DNA of 35,217 bases from Clostridia bacterium (GTDB taxonomy: Bacteria; Bacillota; Clostridia; Oscillospirales; Acutalibacteraceae). The notes beneath the pieces are model-generated. The model was not told where the DNA came from, did not search any database, and saw only the letters and a program-made list of their open reading frames with translations. The first letter of the stretch is position 1. Every line of letters begins with the position of its first letter. Below are positions 34,501-35,217 of the stretch, one piece after another. A program made the translations under genes and the position numbers. The DNA lies in the NCBI GenBank assembly GCA_017556785.1, contig JAFYMD010000106.1:1-35217 (forward strand), read 5' to 3'.

Positions 34501-35217
34501 GAACCGGGTAAAAACGGGGTTGGCTTGTTGACCTCTAAAAACGATGCCGGTCGCAACGTATACCAATTCTTGGTACCCGACCCTCAAAACTATGAAAACA
34601 CCTACGGCGGTTTGGGTAGTTTATTCATGCTTCGTTTCTCCAACGCAGGCAAAACCGTAACCGGTGAATATATCGCCACCCGCTATAACAAAGACTTTAT
34701 TGGTTACGGCACCAACAATTTCAGCATTACCCTTGACCCCATTCCCGACTACACCGCCATGGCCAAAGCGGTAGATGACAAAATCGCCGCCTTGCCTTCC
34801 AATATTACCCTTTCTAATGAAGCAGCGGTTACCGCGACGCGAAGCGCTTACAATGCGTTGGTAAACGAAGCCAAAGCCAAAGTAACCAAATTGAGTGTGC
34901 TCACCGCCGCCGAAACCAAGATTGCCGATCTGAAAGCGGCAAAAACGGTACAAGACAAGATTGCCGCTTTGCCCTCTACCATTGCGCTTACCAATGAATC
35001 GGCGGTTACTGCGGCACGGAGTGCATATAACGCCTTGACCTCCACCCAAAAATCTTACGTAACCAACCTAAGTAAGTTGACTGCCGCCGAAACCACCATT
35101 ACCAACCTAAAAGCGGCAAAAACGGTGCAAGACAAGATTGCCGCCTTGCCTTCTACCATCACTCTAAACAATGAATCGGCAGTTACTGCGGCACGGAGTG
35201 CTTACAATGCCCTTACC
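31567..35217 (+). CDS. Secreted protein of at least 1217 aa (3' end outside the window): three CBM-like beta-sandwich modules, a metallophosphoesterase domain and tandem 59-aa helical repeats
   Basis: It is not in the ORF track because it has no stop codon. I translated the frame by hand from ATG 31567 to 35217 and found 1217 codons with no stop. The signal peptide is MKRLLTFVMVLCLLCSLAVPFDASA. The long minus-strand ORFs listed here have low-complexity G/V/R-rich translations and are shadow ORFs. Confidence 0.85.
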   Translation, partial: MKRLLTFVMVLCLLCSLAVPFDASAAIPLDQSIDGLNNTSLVVLPAGNTGTNYPKGKIVTDNYTEGDGSLYSNWPAPASGTLAGTQNGINISLVGVGGSAGLNIAAATYVSFDLYLHGVSFTAGKDALIRFGSQASWNSTDLGSVYFTDQAKNMKEGWNHFTIPLPASWNHTSVKNIWIAFDNGCTAVTLTANDAYVLLDDLRLLNNEGKAINDVRNQAKPVIAAIAKAYKTSAKADITAARNAYNALSAAAKAYVTNLDKLDAASVAYDKQFRSLDTLVGINGGNGTQNRTIEPTNYMEGKGAGKWEYTAASNGLFWYVYCDNHTTDTVGMDISGAEYIVFDFFVSNASAWTLAGDTRINFRDSTDGWNSKAGQVTATNMNNTFKAMKTGWNHVALPIDRSAATVNNVWGFRMYFASGTAPAGFYTMIDDIRFVSASYVNSQHYADTIAAKKVAAQIGSLPNSASAAQIHSVQNAYFALTDAQRPLVANIAHLNKLVNNLSATSVNIQYRHLNNAERTSQEAATTTETTTMRVEGTGAAKFVHAVDRTNGLYWYVYCESSAASTGTNIAGATHITFDFYVSDPSKWSIGTADMRLSVRNVASTTWDNSCTQVSAANMKTAFSNVKQGWNHIVMPLESLLTNDAFAFRMYMTGGSAKQGFYTIIDDVRFVNRTYLASADYADRIAAKKVSGLISQLTSQSGSTQISAARTAYNALTTTQQGYVCNYDWLTAYEAGNAPAGSAQQTFQTIPAEHLGNLAGYAKGEFSLAILSDLHYAVNWNSQQKDIYFNSMKYILDRADSENTLMTIQLGDMTSGNRYAEWLTVREGFQMLVDGGMPYATTIGNHDIGSGANAAYNAFLPYSEQVAENPYLAGAKEEGKTDNLYYTFKVNGVKYMVLVLACYPKDAVLSWADSVVKAHSDYNVILVTHSYLQMKNGTLGYTEEVEALAAGFKGINVWNNLIKGNPNIFMTFSAHNSYPEPGKNGVGLLTSKNDAGRNVYQFLVPDPQNYENTYGGLGSLFMLRFSNAGKTVTGEYIATRYNKDFIGYGTNNFSITLDPIPDYTAMAKAVDDKIAALPSNITLSNEAAVTATRSAYNALVNEAKAKVTKLSVLTAAETKIADLKAAKTVQDKIAALPSTIALTNESAVTAARSAYNALTSTQKSYVTNLSKLTAAETTITNLKAAKTVQDKIAALPSTITLNNESAVTAARSAYNALT
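31642..33760 (+). repeat. Three ~705-bp (about 235-aa) diverged tandem units, each a CBM-like module plus a helical AARxAYNAL segment
   Basis: The GWNH codons recur at 32038, 32740 and 33451, giving offsets of 702 and 711 bp. Motifs shared by units 2 and 3 are G(L)(F/Y)WYVYC, (I)(V/T)FDF(F/Y)VS, GWNH(V/I), FRMY and GFYT(M/I)IDD(I/V)RFV. Unit 1 is more diverged (YVSFDLYL, EGWNHFTIPL, YVLLDDLRLL). Confidence 0.65.
33856..34740 (+). other. Metallophosphoesterase (calcineurin-like) domain
   Basis: Motifs are AILSDLHY (DxH), IQLGDMTSG (GD), IGNHDIG (GNHD), LVTHSYL (H) and FSAHN (degenerate GHxH). Confidence 0.7.
34780..35217 (+). repeat. In-frame tandem repeat with a 177-bp (59-aa) period, at least 2.5 copies, truncated by the window edge
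   Basis: The KIAALPS codons start at 34780, 34957 and 35134, exactly 177 bp apart. The repeat unit is KIAALPS(N/T)I(T/A)L(S/T/N)NE(A/S)AVTA(T/A)RSAYNAL...(K/S)(V/Y)T(K/N)LS(V/K)LTAAET(K/T)I(A/T)(D/N)LKAAKTVQD. Copies 2 and 3 are also clearly similar at the DNA level. Confidence 0.85.

Noticed and set aside
32179-35049. Series of minus-strand ORFs (269, 168, 237 and 142 aa, among others)
   Set aside because: All lie antisense to the continuous 1217-codon plus-strand frame that starts at 31567. That frame has a promoter, an RBS, a signal peptide, metallophosphoesterase motifs and in-frame repeats. The minus-strand translations are low-complexity.
1-35217. Mobile elements, prophage or defence systems, CRISPR arrays, tRNA/rRNA genes and riboswitches
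   Set aside because: No transposase, integrase or recombinase motifs were recognised. There are no short direct-repeat/spacer arrays and no cloverleaf-like or rRNA-like segments. Intergenic regions are short (mostly under 150 nt) and are accounted for by promoters and terminators. This is a by-eye assessment, not an exhaustive scan.

Overview
This 35.2-kb window looks like chromosomal DNA from a Gram-positive, Clostridia-like organism. The evidence is AGGAGG-type ribosome-binding sites (RBS), sigma-A type -35/-10 promoters, rho-independent terminators and four dockerin modules; the taxonomic call is inference only. I support 21 protein-coding genes. Two of them run off the window edges and are missing from the supplied ORF track: a partial pseudouridine synthase at 1-289 (-) and a secreted protein of at least 1217 aa at 31567-35217 (+). 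I recognised no rRNA, tRNA, CRISPR array, transposase or integrase. Almost everything is glycan catabolism. Ordinary genes: MATE exporter, ABC exporter, phosphohexomutase, GH13 + GlgP (alpha-glucan catabolism), NagA/NagB, two AraC regulators and a UPF0371/DUF1846 protein. Accessory genes: five large secreted enzymes, four of them carrying dockerins. These are a metallophosphoesterase, a 982-aa multidomain protein, an esterase, a 1589-aa GH116-like enzyme, and the edge-truncated protein with three CBM-like modules plus a metallophosphoesterase domain (no dockerin in its visible part). The most interesting region is 9.7-15.0 kb. An uncharacterised ~375-aa enzyme-like module occurs there three times in tandem. 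Two copies are cytoplasmic stand-alone proteins. The third is secreted and fused to a dockerin and an endonuclease/exonuclease/phosphatase (EEP) domain. This cluster lies directly upstream of a GH130 phosphorylase gene and a phosphomutase gene. Three extracellular phosphoesterase domains sit in the same neighbourhood. My working hypothesis is a dockerin-displayed system for degrading a phosphorylated mannose- and/or GlcNAc-containing glycan. All family assignments come from motif recognition by eye; no database search was run.
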